From: Saprospiraceae bacterium | GTDB taxonomy: Bacteria; Bacteroidota; Bacteroidia; Chitinophagales; Saprospiraceae | Direction: 5' to 3' | NCBI GenBank assembly: GCA_013001805.1 | Contig: JABDLW010000473.1 | Location: 1 to 36,590, forward strand | DNA: 36,590 bases | Program-made: the position numbers and the translations under genes | Shown here: piece after piece, positions 1-8,331 of the stretch | How the letters are laid out: the number at the start of each line of letters is the position of its first letter | How positions within the stretch are numbered: position 1 is the stretch's first letter | The notes under the pieces: generated by a model | Databases searched by the model: none | What the model saw: only the letters and a program-made list of their open reading frames with translations | Told to the model about the DNA's origin: nothing

Positions 1-417
1 ATACAGTCCGTTGTCGATAAGCAGAGGCCGTTCTTCATATGATCTAAAGATCAAACCACTACCAATCTGATCATAGATGTACCCAATTTCCATGAAAAGC
101 TTGTCCACTTGTTTTTTCACGTACCATTTTCCAAGTCCCTGGTCACTATACGAGTTGCGTGGATTAAGTAAATTCGAATTATTGAAAATATCAATACGGG
201 CACCAATATCAAAACCTTTGATTTGGTAGTTTAGATCCAACCAGGTGTCAGCCCCTACCAATTGATGGTCATACTGTGGTGTGTTACTAGCGCCAATGCG
301 ATCATCTTCTAAAAACAGATTTCCATTTATCTGGAGCTGACCACTCAGGTAGGCCTGTTCCTGGGCATGCAGCCCGGAATATAGAAACAGGATCAGGTAC
401 AGACAGGTTTTCTTCAT
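1..417 (-). CDS. Outer-membrane protein, DUF6029-like. Only the N-terminal 139 codons are present; the gene runs off the left edge.
   Basis: It is not in the ORF track because it is truncated. The reverse complement of 415-417 is ATG. The frame reads MKKTCLYLILFLYSGLHAQ (signal peptide) ... IGYIYDQIGSGLIFRSYEERPLLIDNGLY and stays open to position 1. The FGSGLxxRxYEER..DN-type motif matches my recollection of Bacteroidota DUF6029 proteins, which typically sit beside a TlpA-like thioredoxin gene. Confidence 0.7.
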   Translation of the reverse strand, partial: MKKTCLYLILFLYSGLHAQEQAYLSGQLQINGNLFLEDDRIGASNTPQYDHQLVGADTWLDLNYQIKGFDIGARIDIFNNSNLLNPRNSYSDQGLGKWYVKKQVDKLFMEIGYIYDQIGSGLIFRSYEERPLLIDNGLY

Positions 418-531
418 GATCAAGCTAGAAAGGTTAGTCTCTAAAACGCGATATTTTGCTTTTAGTCACAAAAATTGCACCTATTTGTAAAAGTTTGCGT
501 TTATATACCGAATATTAAATGAGAAAAATAA

Positions 532-1026
532 ATGTCCGTTACGCATTCAGTGGTGATCACTTTTTTCACACTAGTGACTCTATCCCTACAGTCTCAAGAA
601 TCTTTACCCGATGCTAATATCCAAACCCTTGAGCGAAAAACGATGAGTTTTAAAGATGCAGTAGCTGGTGATCAAGTGACGATTGTTAGTTTTTGGGCAA
701 CCTGGTGTGCCCCGTGTAAAAAGGAACTGGATGCAATCGCCGAAGTATACGAAGATTGGCAGGAGCAGTACAATGTACGCCTGATTGCAATCTCTGTTGA
801 TGATGCCCGTGCATCGGCGAAGGTAAAACCAATGGTGGCCGAAAAAGGTTGGCCCTATCAGGTATTCATTGACACCAAACAGGAACTCATGCGTAGCCTG
901 CACTTTCAGACAGTACCTTATACCATCGTGATAGATCAGACAGGTAAAATCGTTTACAATCATTCGGGTTACCTTCCAGGAGATGAGATCGAATTGGAAG
1001 AAGAATTGGCATTGCTGGTCAAATAG
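532..1026 (+). CDS. TlpA/ResA-like periplasmic thiol-disulfide oxidoreductase (thioredoxin fold)
   Basis: 164-aa ORF with an N-terminal hydrophobic signal. It has a WCAPC active-site motif (FWATWCAPCKKE) and a downstream TVPYTIVID cis-Pro loop typical of AhpC/TSA-TlpA family redoxins. Confidence 0.9.
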   Translation: MSVTHSVVITFFTLVTLSLQSQESLPDANIQTLERKTMSFKDAVAGDQVTIVSFWATWCAPCKKELDAIAEVYEDWQEQYNVRLIAISVDDARASAKVKPMVAEKGWPYQVFIDTKQELMRSLHFQTVPYTIVIDQTGKIVYNHSGYLPGDEIELEEELALLVK

Positions 1027-1123
1027 CCAATCATCAGGTTATTGAGCTAATGGTAGCAGATTACCAGATCTTATCCCAACTCTACTTTACCTATTAACCC
1101 TAAGATTCCTCTGTAAGGCACAT

Positions 1124-1288
1124 AAAAAAAGCTCCGAAAATCTGACATTTTCGGAGCTTTGGTTTGAGTAATGTTACGTTAAAGCCTTATTTAACTTAAG
1201 TATCAAAATCTAAAAAAGGGATCACAATTTTGATATTGTAAAGTTAAACGACCCTATCCGTTTTTAAAACCCCATATTGATGGGGTCC
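1124..1288. repeat. Copy 1 of a ~160-nt structured repeat unit (hairpins H1-H4); candidate small RNA gene or terminator cassette
   Basis: H1 at 1131-1157 is GCTCCGAAAAT-ctgac-ATTTTCGGAGC. H2 at 1178-1195 is GTTAAA-gcctta-TTTAAC. H3 at 1201-1235 is TATCAAAAT-17 nt-ATTTTGATA. H4 at 1270-1285 is CCCCAT-attg-ATGGGG. The same order and almost the same sequence recur at 1487 and 1680. Confidence 0.85.
1131..1166 (+). terminator. Possible intrinsic terminator for the TlpA-like gene (hairpin H1 of repeat copy 1)
   Basis: An 11-bp perfect stem is followed on the + strand by TTTGGTTTG, about 105 nt after the stop at 1026. The same hairpin has a better T7 tract on the minus strand, so strand assignment is ambiguous. 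Confidence 0.35.
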
Positions 1289-1486
1289 TAAATATGGTCA
1301 CTTAGATCACCAAGTATTTGTTTTTAGGTTAAGCGGTAGATGATAATTTGCTCAAGCTATGGTTGGTAAGGGAAGATCAGGTCTTAGTGCATTAGCCCTT
1401 AGACCATTCATTCCAAGCATAACTAATGCATCATTTGACAATTGAAAATCAATAGATTCCCATCAGCTGTAATCGCCGGGTAAAAC

Positions 1487-1649
1487 AAAAAAGCTCCGAA
1501 AATTTGCACTTTCGGAGCTCAGGTTTGAGTGTGTGTTACGTTAAAGCCTTATTTAACTTAAAATATCAAAATGAAAAAAGGATCACTATTTTGATAATCT
1601 AAAGGTAAGAAGCATATCTCTCAAAAAAAACCCCATATTGATGGGGTCC
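1487..1649. repeat. Copy 2 of the structured repeat unit
   Basis: It reads aaaaaaGCTCCGAAA..TTTCGGAGC, then GTTAAAgccttaTTTAAC, then TATCAAAAT..ATTTTGATA, a variable block, and aaaaaaaaCCCCATattgATGGGGtcc. It is collinear with copy 1. Differences are concentrated in the loops and in the H3-H4 linker. Confidence 0.85.
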
Positions 1650-1679
1650 TTACAGCACTGATTGGAAGTTCTATCAAAT

Positions 1680-1836
1680 AAAAAAGCTCCGAAAATTTGC
1701 ACTTTCGGAGCCTTTTTTGAGTGTGTGTTACGTTAAAGCCTCATTTAACTTAAATATCAAAATCAAAAAGGATCATTTTTTTGATACTATAAAGATAAGT
1801 GGTGGTGTCCACTTGCGAAACCACATCTTGATGGGG
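1680..1836. repeat. Copy 3 of the structured repeat unit (3' hairpin degenerate)
   Basis: It has the same H1, H2 (loop gcctca) and H3. H4 has degraded to CCACATcttgATGGGG with one stem mismatch. It starts only about 30 nt after copy 2. Confidence 0.8.
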
Positions 1837-2176
1837 TAGTCTTTTGTTAACTTTATGATCTGCATAAAACATCTGAATGGCTAACCAGGGCCGGCAATGA
1901 GGTTAGCAATGTTAGGTTGCTGTAGAGGGAGTAAAGGTGCTTTAGAGACTATGGTTCTTTGCGAATCGAAAACCAGGCCTACCGGTCATCATCTTCACTT
2001 ACTCTGCTACACTCATTTGCCACCATTTCGATTTGTCACTAAACACTTTAGACCCATGAAGTTGATTTCGGCAGTGGAATTGACCCTCCCAGAACCTTAG
2101 TGAAGGATAAATGATTCAGGTGGATATGAGTGGAATTTCATTTCGTCTCATGGTTTGAGATTGCCAGCATACCGGG

Positions 2177-2815
2177 TTAGATATCCCCATCCACAGATAG
2201 CTTTATGAGCTCGGCTTTACTGTTGATTTGAAGTTTCTTATAAATCTTCTTAATGTGATCGCGCACTGTCTCAATTGAAACCAAATACTTATCTGCAATC
2301 ATTTTATAGCTCAATCCATCCACCAGTCCAGCTACAATCTGCTGCTGCCTGGGTGTGAGTAGTTCTTTTTTTGAATTGTCGGAGGGTGAGAAATAGGTAA
2401 CAACCTTCCTGGCAATGGAGGGAGACATGTAAGATCCACCATTGTGGACCACCGTAATCGCTTCGAGAATTTGTGACAAGGAGGAGCGTTTGCTCAGGTA
2501 AGAACAAGCACCCGCACATAAAGCCTTAAAAATGACTTCAGACTCCTCATAGGTAGTAAGCATAATGATGTCCGTGTCACTCATAATCTTCTTAATGACC
2601 CGAATTCCCTCCAGTCCTGACATTCCGGGCAAGCCAATATCAAGTAGCAGTACATCCGGCGCCTGGCTCGATCCTTCCGCATAAAACTCCTGAAAGTCCT
2701 CCAAAGATTTGACCTGACAAACCACTTCCAGGTTTGGCTGATCTTCAAAGAAAGTCACTAAACTCTCCCGTACAATCGGTTCATCCTCTACTATGCCTAC
2801 TGCAATACTTTTCAT
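2177..2815 (-). CDS. NarL/LuxR-type response regulator (REC + HTH_LuxR)
   Basis: The sequence shows MKSIAVGIVEDEP..., VLLLDIGLPGMSG (phospho-acceptor Asp), and a C-terminal LTPRQQQIVAGLVDGLSYKMIADKYLVSIETVRDHIKKIYKKL helix-turn-helix. I use the ATG at 2815, not the ORF-track start at 2854. The 13 extra codons (MAQIVISYLYFYK) look non-native. Confidence 0.9.
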   Translation of the reverse strand: MKSIAVGIVEDEPIVRESLVTFFEDQPNLEVVCQVKSLEDFQEFYAEGSSQAPDVLLLDIGLPGMSGLEGIRVIKKIMSDTDIIMLTTYEESEVIFKALCAGACSYLSKRSSLSQILEAITVVHNGGSYMSPSIARKVVTYFSPSDNSKKELLTPRQQQIVAGLVDGLSYKMIADKYLVSIETVRDHIKKIYKKLQINSKAELIKLSVDGDI

Positions 2816-2868
2816 TTTATAAAAATACAAGTAACTAATTACAATTTGTGCCACATCATAATGGGGTA

Positions 2869-5800
2869 TTACTTCATGGCTTTCATCCTTAGCGAGATCT
2901 TAAATCCATCGTCCTTATTAATGGAAAAATCAGCATGAATGTTTTTGGCTCTCATTTCCATATTCTTGAGCCCGGACCCGTTTAAGGAAGATTTCTGACC
3001 ATTAATGGACACACCCGATCCGTCATCTGTGATTATCATTTCCAGGTGTGAGCCCTCACGGTTGAGATAAATATTCACTTTCGTTGCACTCGAATGTTTT
3101 GCGACATTGGTAATTGCTTCTTTGAAAATCAGATACAAATTCTGTCGAACCTGGACCGGCAGTTTTTTATCCGGAAGAATACCTTTTACATGAAACTGAT
3201 AAGAAATTCCTCCTGAAAAAAGCATTTCAGCAGCATGTTCTTTCATCCGCACCAACAGGTCTTCAAATCGATCTTTACGAGCATCTGTGGCCCAGATTAC
3301 ATCACGCATTTGAGCCATGGCATTACGGCTCATATCACTTATCCGTTTTAATTTGGGTTTATCTTTTTCCGATGCCGTGTATTCCAGAAGTTCAGTTTGC
3401 ATGGCTAATCCTGACAACAACCCACCTACATCATCGTGTAAATCGCTGGATATTTTTGTTCTTAGGCGTTCCATCTCAATGACCTGTTTCAAGCTAATGC
3501 GATGAAACAAATAGATTGTCAGCAATACTAGACTGACACACATGACAATAAACCAACTCTTTTTATAAAAATATTGGTTCACTTTTATGGGCAGGGCAAA
3601 TTCTCTATTACTAACATTCAAATTACGGTCCGCGCCGATGATCCTTAGGACATAATTTCCGGAAGGCAAATTATTAAACCGGATTTCATTTTGCGTGCCA
3701 ATCCAGGTCCAGTCAATATCGCGCCCTTCCAGCTTATATTTGAATTGATTTTCTTGTGGATATGCGTAATCAGCAAGGGCCACCGTGCAATGAAAGTACC
3801 GGTTTGAGGCGGGCAAAACTACTTCCTTCACTTCCTGCAAATTGTGCAGGTGATCCACAATTCCGCCTTGTATCTTGTCATAATAAGACAGTTCGGATAG
3901 TAGTATTGGTGCGTCCAGGTTCCGTTCCAGCAATTCATTTGGGTTAAATAAATTGAGTCCGTTTATCCCACCACAAATAAAATCTCCCTGGTTGTCATTT
4001 ATAAAGGAATACCGACTGAATTCAAGCTGACTGAATCCATCTGCGGTGCTAAAATTCCGGAAGGAACGCAACTCGGTATTAAAGTAAGAAAGTCCATTGT
4101 CAGTACTAAACCACATCGCACCATTGTCATCCTCGAGGATGCCAAAAACATTGTTACCTGCCAAACCATCGCGGGTGTCATAATAGATAAATCCATCGAC
4201 CTCGTGCGCTGGGTCCAAGACGTTGACACCCCCATCAGTCCCAATCCAAATCCGGTTTTTGCTGTCCTCATGGATACAAAAAATCAGATTACTGCTAATG
4301 CCATAATAGTCGTTTTCAGAAAACTCGAAACGATTGGCCTTACCAACTTTAGGAACCTTCAACAATCCACTTTTCGTTCCAATCCATTTAGTCTCGTCAG
4401 AGCTTTCATAAAGTACGGTTGGCTCCAAACCTTTTAATGGGTTGGTGCCATCTGGTAAAAAGAAGTGATGGAAGGTACCTACCTCACCTTTATAGTAGGA
4501 CAATCTGCTTTCTTCTTTCGGATGGGTTGATACGAACCACAACCTATTGTCACGGCCCAGTATCATACTCTGTATCTTTTGCGGGAAATGATATACATCA
4601 AATGTCTGATCGTATGCATTCATTGCCAACAGATCCGTTTTATTTCTGTCGCTATATCGCGTTCCCCACACCAATCCATTCGTGTCATAGACCAGCTCCC
4701 GTGAGCAATCACAGTACGCAGCTTTTTTATCAAGAGTTGTACTTAAGTCAATTTCCTGAATTGCTGTCCGGTCGGCATCAAGCTGGTACCAATGGTTGTC
4801 TGAATCGGTAAGGACAATAGAATTGTCCGGGAGGGCTACGATCCCCCTAATGCTTTTACCTGGTTGTTCATTCGTGGCATTTAGGAACTTTTTTACCCTT
4901 TTTTTGGTCCGGGTTATTTTAATAACACCATTAGTGGTTCCTACAAATATCACACGCTCAAAATCATCGCTGAACACTTCCGTGACATCATTATAAGATT
5001 TGCTCAGTAGGTACATCCTCTGCACAGCATCATCTGCCGAAACTAAAAAAACCGGAGTCTGCGTTTTACCTCTGGCCCTGGGTTGAAAAATCACATTGCC
5101 CAATGCATCCTCCCAAATATTCTGATAATGTTGCGGATCAATCTCTAGTTGAAAGGGAGTGAAATAGCCGGCAGCTTCATTAAATTCCCACAGTCCCTCG
5201 GTGTTTTCAAAACTCATCCAGATTCTACCTAGTCTATCCTGATAAAGAATTTTCGTAAGACCAGCATCACTGCCAATACCCAGAGAATCGTATGTGGAGA
5301 CGGACTGAACATAACCATTCGTATCAGCCAAGATCAAGCCCATTTTACTATCGTGCAGCATTGCAAGGCCGCGATCCAGCATCAGCAAGTTGTAGTTTGA
5401 TGCAGCACTGTATTTAATACCATGAAAGGCAAACAAACTATCAAATTGCAGTGAGTCATTCAATCTTTGCACGATGAGGCTGGAATCTACACTTACGAGT
5501 GCATAAAGTTCACCTTGTCTCTGATCTAGTACCAGGCGATGTACCCGGTCAAGAATGCCATTTTCACGATTGAGAAATAATTTCTGTGCCTGGGTGGACG
5601 ATGTACCCAGGACATCCACAAAACGACGATTGGCATCGTATTGAATGATGAGTGATCCATCCTTCCTACATAGAATCTTCTGAATGTCTTTGTTACTGAT
5701 ATGGGTGGTACTGCCAGGTCGCCGGTCGTAATTTACGATTTCAAGTCCATCGTAACGGTTTAACCCATTACGGGTTGCAATCCAAATATACCCGTAAGGA

Positions 5801-5946
5801 TCTTTTGAAATATCAGTGACCGTTCGATCGGATAGGCCTTGTTCCAGGGATATTTGTGTGAAAACAGCCTGGTCATTTTGGGCAATAAGTGCTCCGCTGA
5901 ATAAAATCAGTAAGATTGTAACCAAATTGTTTAGTCGAGAATTCAT
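2869..5946 (-). CDS. Sensor histidine kinase with a periplasmic beta-propeller / Y_Y_Y sensor region, one TM segment, HisKA_3 and HATPase_c
   Basis: A signal-like N-terminus (MNSRLNNLVTILLILFSGALIAQ) begins at the ATG at 5946. Repeated WIGT/WFST propeller motifs are present. A TM segment (WFIVMCVSLVLLTIYLF) is followed by ISSDLHDDVGGLLSGL (HisKA_3 H-box) and the N/G boxes (EAITNVAKHS, DDGSG, GSGLKNM). It lies 53 nt upstream of the response regulator on the same strand. Confidence 0.9.
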   Translation of the reverse strand: MNSRLNNLVTILLILFSGALIAQNDQAVFTQISLEQGLSDRTVTDISKDPYGYIWIATRNGLNRYDGLEIVNYDRRPGSTTHISNKDIQKILCRKDGSLIIQYDANRRFVDVLGTSSTQAQKLFLNRENGILDRVHRLVLDQRQGELYALVSVDSSLIVQRLNDSLQFDSLFAFHGIKYSAASNYNLLMLDRGLAMLHDSKMGLILADTNGYVQSVSTYDSLGIGSDAGLTKILYQDRLGRIWMSFENTEGLWEFNEAAGYFTPFQLEIDPQHYQNIWEDALGNVIFQPRARGKTQTPVFLVSADDAVQRMYLLSKSYNDVTEVFSDDFERVIFVGTTNGVIKITRTKKRVKKFLNATNEQPGKSIRGIVALPDNSIVLTDSDNHWYQLDADRTAIQEIDLSTTLDKKAAYCDCSRELVYDTNGLVWGTRYSDRNKTDLLAMNAYDQTFDVYHFPQKIQSMILGRDNRLWFVSTHPKEESRLSYYKGEVGTFHHFFLPDGTNPLKGLEPTVLYESSDETKWIGTKSGLLKVPKVGKANRFEFSENDYYGISSNLIFCIHEDSKNRIWIGTDGGVNVLDPAHEVDGFIYYDTRDGLAGNNVFGILEDDNGAMWFSTDNGLSYFNTELRSFRNFSTADGFSQLEFSRYSFINDNQGDFICGGINGLNLFNPNELLERNLDAPILLSELSYYDKIQGGIVDHLHNLQEVKEVVLPASNRYFHCTVALADYAYPQENQFKYKLEGRDIDWTWIGTQNEIRFNNLPSGNYVLRIIGADRNLNVSNREFALPIKVNQYFYKKSWFIVMCVSLVLLTIYLFHRISLKQVIEMERLRTKISSDLHDDVGGLLSGLAMQTELLEYTASEKDKPKLKRISDMSRNAMAQMRDVIWATDARKDRFEDLLVRMKEHAAEMLFSGGISYQFHVKGILPDKKLPVQVRQNLYLIFKEAITNVAKHSSATKVNIYLNREGSHLEMIITDDGSGVSINGQKSSLNGSGLKNMEMRAKNIHADFSINKDDGFKISLRMKAMK

Positions 5947-5978
5947 GATCCCTTTAATTCTCTTTTTCTGGTAATACA

Positions 5979-6006
5979 GAAAAGCCCACGACACTCAATC
6001 ATGGGC
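5979..6006 (-). terminator. Candidate intrinsic terminator after the S41 peptidase gene
   Basis: The minus strand reads GCCCATGAT-tgagt-GTCGTGGGC followed by TTTTC, 35 nt downstream of the stop at 6041. The stem includes G-U pairs and the T tract is short. Confidence 0.4.
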
Positions 6007-6040
6007 TATTATATCGTTTGACTTATGGAGGAGCCGAAAC

Positions 6041-8140
6041 CTATTGCTGGCTCAGCATATCTTTCATGATATTTAAAACCTCCTCAATATAAAGGTCTCT
6101 GCTGACACCTTTAATAAAGTCTTCGTTATTGGCTTTTCGAGTCTCGTCCTTTTCAATCTTTGTAATTTCAGCTTCCAAATTCCTTACCAAGAGAGGTGCA
6201 TCAGATTTATACATGTCTTCGAACCTGGCACTTTGTTTTTCTCTCCGTTCGTACTCTTCTGAATAACCTTCCAAGTTGAGTGCATATTTCATTTTTTCCT
6301 CTTCCTGTGCCTTGAGGAGTTGTGCTCTTTCCTCAATTAGCTGAAACTTTGGATTTGTGTTAACTCGCTCTTTACTCGAACTGGCGAGCAGCTGACGATC
6401 TGGCAAGACCATGATCCGTTGCTTATGATCTACCGGTTCAATTTCACTCCAGGCAAGGGGGGTATCCAGATCTTTTTCACCTGCATTAATATAGTTATAC
6501 GGTGACGGTAAAACGATGTCCGGTATGACTCCCTTTAATTGAGTGGAACCACCGTTGACCCGATAAAACTTTTGCGTAGTAATCTTGACTTCACCTAAAG
6601 GTTTGAGGTCATTATTTCCGACAATAAAGCGGTCCAGCTCGTGAAACCTCTGCACCGTTCCCTTCCCAAAAGTTGAACTACCTCCCACAATTATAGCCCG
6701 ATTGTAGTCTTGTAGAGCAGCAGCAATGATCTCTGATGCACTGGCACTAAAGTGATTGACCAATACAATTAGTGGACCCTGATATTGCACTGCAGGATCT
6801 TCATCTTCCAACACATAGGGTTTACGTTCCCGCGATTTTACCTGGACGATTGGTCCCTTATCGATAAACAAGCCACTCATGTCAACAACTTCGGAGAGGG
6901 AACCTCCTCCGTTATTCCTCAGATCAAGTATGATACCCTGAGCACCTTCTTGCACCAGTTTATTCACTTCAGTCTCAATATCTTCAGCACAGCCTGGCTT
7001 ATTATCTTGCTCAAAATAAAATTTCGGAAGTCTGATGTATCCAATCTCCGCTCCCTGCTCCTCCGTTCGGATCAGCAATGATTTTGCCCGCCCTTCTTCC
7101 AGTACCACTTGATCCCTTATTATGACGATCTCCCTTTCTGTGTCATCAGATTTTCTTACTGTCAATATGACTTTAGTGCCCTTCTTGCCACGGATCAAAC
7201 CAATTACATCATCCTGCCGCCAGCCCCTCACGTCTTTAGCTTCTTCGCCTTCCTGGGCTACTTTTATAATAAAATCATTTGCCTCCAAGTCTTTTTGTTT
7301 CCATGCCGGTCCGCCTGGAATTACTTCAGTTACTTTTGTTAACTCGCCTTCCGGCATCAGACGTGCTCCAATACCTTCATAACTGCCGTTCATGTTAAGG
7401 TCAAAATTCTCCTTTTCACGGGGACTGAAATAATTGGAATGCGGGTCATATGCATTGGTAATCGCATTGAGATAATCTTCAAATCGATCTGATCTCCTCA
7501 AACTTTTCAAACGTTTAAACCATTCATCGAAATTTTCGGAAATATTTTCTCTTGCTTCTTTGATCAAAGTCGACTCATCTTTCATCTCCTCATCTTCTGA
7601 CTGAGCAATTTTCAAACCGTGTACTTTCACCACGGTCTCATACTGTATGAGTTTGCGCCAATATTCGCGAAGATCTTCATCATTTTTAGCAAAACCTCGA
7701 TCATCTGAGTTGATGATGAGAGAGTCAGGTGAAGCATGGATGTCAAAATCCTGTGCCATACTTTCACGATAAAAGACCCCCGATTTGCTTATGCCCCCGG
7801 CAATCAATTTTTCTGCCAGATCAAAAAAGTCAAACGAACGGTTAGATATTTGGTCGTCTATCTGTAACTCATATGGGGTCAAAAGATCGATGTCTGCCTG
7901 CGTGAGAAACCTCTTAGCCGGATCAATGGACTGGAGAAAACTTTTGTAAACATGTTTAGATAGCTCATCATCAAGTGACTTGGGCTTATAGTGTACCCGA
8001 TCCATAAACTGAATGACTGCTTGTAGCGTAAAAAACTCTTTTTTAGCCTGATCTGATTCTCCCACTCTATGCGACTTGAGAAAAATTCCAGCCAACGCAA
8101 TCATTAAGATTAGAGAACTTCTGAGCACCATACTTCCCAT
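6041..8140 (-). CDS. Carboxy-terminal processing (tail-specific) peptidase, family S41
   Basis: 699 aa with an N-terminal signal. It has a PDZ-like segment (YEGIGARL...GGPA). The catalytic region VNHFSASASEIIAAALQDYNRAIIVGGSSTFGKGTVQ carries the Ser and Lys dyad motifs of S41 peptidases. Confidence 0.9.
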   Translation of the reverse strand: MGSMVLRSSLILMIALAGIFLKSHRVGESDQAKKEFFTLQAVIQFMDRVHYKPKSLDDELSKHVYKSFLQSIDPAKRFLTQADIDLLTPYELQIDDQISNRSFDFFDLAEKLIAGGISKSGVFYRESMAQDFDIHASPDSLIINSDDRGFAKNDEDLREYWRKLIQYETVVKVHGLKIAQSEDEEMKDESTLIKEARENISENFDEWFKRLKSLRRSDRFEDYLNAITNAYDPHSNYFSPREKENFDLNMNGSYEGIGARLMPEGELTKVTEVIPGGPAWKQKDLEANDFIIKVAQEGEEAKDVRGWRQDDVIGLIRGKKGTKVILTVRKSDDTEREIVIIRDQVVLEEGRAKSLLIRTEEQGAEIGYIRLPKFYFEQDNKPGCAEDIETEVNKLVQEGAQGIILDLRNNGGGSLSEVVDMSGLFIDKGPIVQVKSRERKPYVLEDEDPAVQYQGPLIVLVNHFSASASEIIAAALQDYNRAIIVGGSSTFGKGTVQRFHELDRFIVGNNDLKPLGEVKITTQKFYRVNGGSTQLKGVIPDIVLPSPYNYINAGEKDLDTPLAWSEIEPVDHKQRIMVLPDRQLLASSSKERVNTNPKFQLIEERAQLLKAQEEEKMKYALNLEGYSEEYERREKQSARFEDMYKSDAPLLVRNLEAEITKIEKDETRKANNEDFIKGVSRDLYIEEVLNIMKDMLSQQ

Positions 8141-8273
8141 TATTTTAGGTTGTCGAACTAGTGAATACTTACTAAATATACCTGTTTTTGCCTGAAAATG
8201 TTTCAGCCAAACTAAGTTAAGGCAGTTTTTAACTAAATACTAACGCATCAAGGGTGATTCATCTTGTGCCGGC

Positions 8274-8307
8274 AAAAAAAATGCCCAGTTTTGAATAAAC
8301 CGGGCAT
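8274..8307 (-). terminator. Rho-independent terminator of the pyrophosphatase gene
   Basis: The minus strand reads ATGCCCGGTTT-attca-AAACTGGGCAT (11-bp stem with one G-U pair) followed by T8. It starts about 25 nt after the stop at 8332-8334. Confidence 0.65.
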
Positions 8308-8331
8308 TTTAATCTTTCTGGAGGGTAATTC

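Noticed and set aside
604-963. 119-aa antisense ORF inside the TlpA-like gene
   Set aside because: It lies completely within a well-supported thioredoxin-fold CDS on the opposite strand and has no motifs. It is a shadow ORF.
1201-1790. AGGA/GGGA motifs in the H3 loops read on the + strand, considered as a CsrA/RsmA-sponge sRNA signature
   Set aside because: The conserved T tracts after H1 and H4 favour minus-strand transcription, where these loops read TCC. To my knowledge CsrA is not a typical Bacteroidota regulator. One GGA per unit is too weak a signal.
1124-1836. The three repeats considered as a CRISPR array
   Set aside because: The repeat unit is about 160 nt, far longer than CRISPR repeats. 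There are only three copies. The spacing is irregular (about 200 nt and about 30 nt). No cas genes are in the window.
1897-2100. 67-aa + strand ORF in the gap upstream of the response regulator
   Set aside because: It has no recognisable motif. Its composition is Cys/His/Leu/Pro-rich and atypical for this genome. It has no promoter or start context. I treat the segment as unassigned non-coding sequence instead.
2816-2854. Longer starts for the response regulator (2854) and the sensor kinase (5994) as given in the ORF track
   Set aside because: The internal ATGs at 2815 and 5946 give canonical N-termini: MKSIAVGIVEDEP for a REC domain, and MNSRLNNLVTILLILF as a signal/TM segment. The extra residues look like translated upstream sequence.
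3317-4996. Several 62-130-aa + strand ORFs inside the sensor kinase gene
   Set aside because: All are antisense to a continuous 1025-codon CDS with clear domain content. Their products are low-complexity. They are shadow ORFs.
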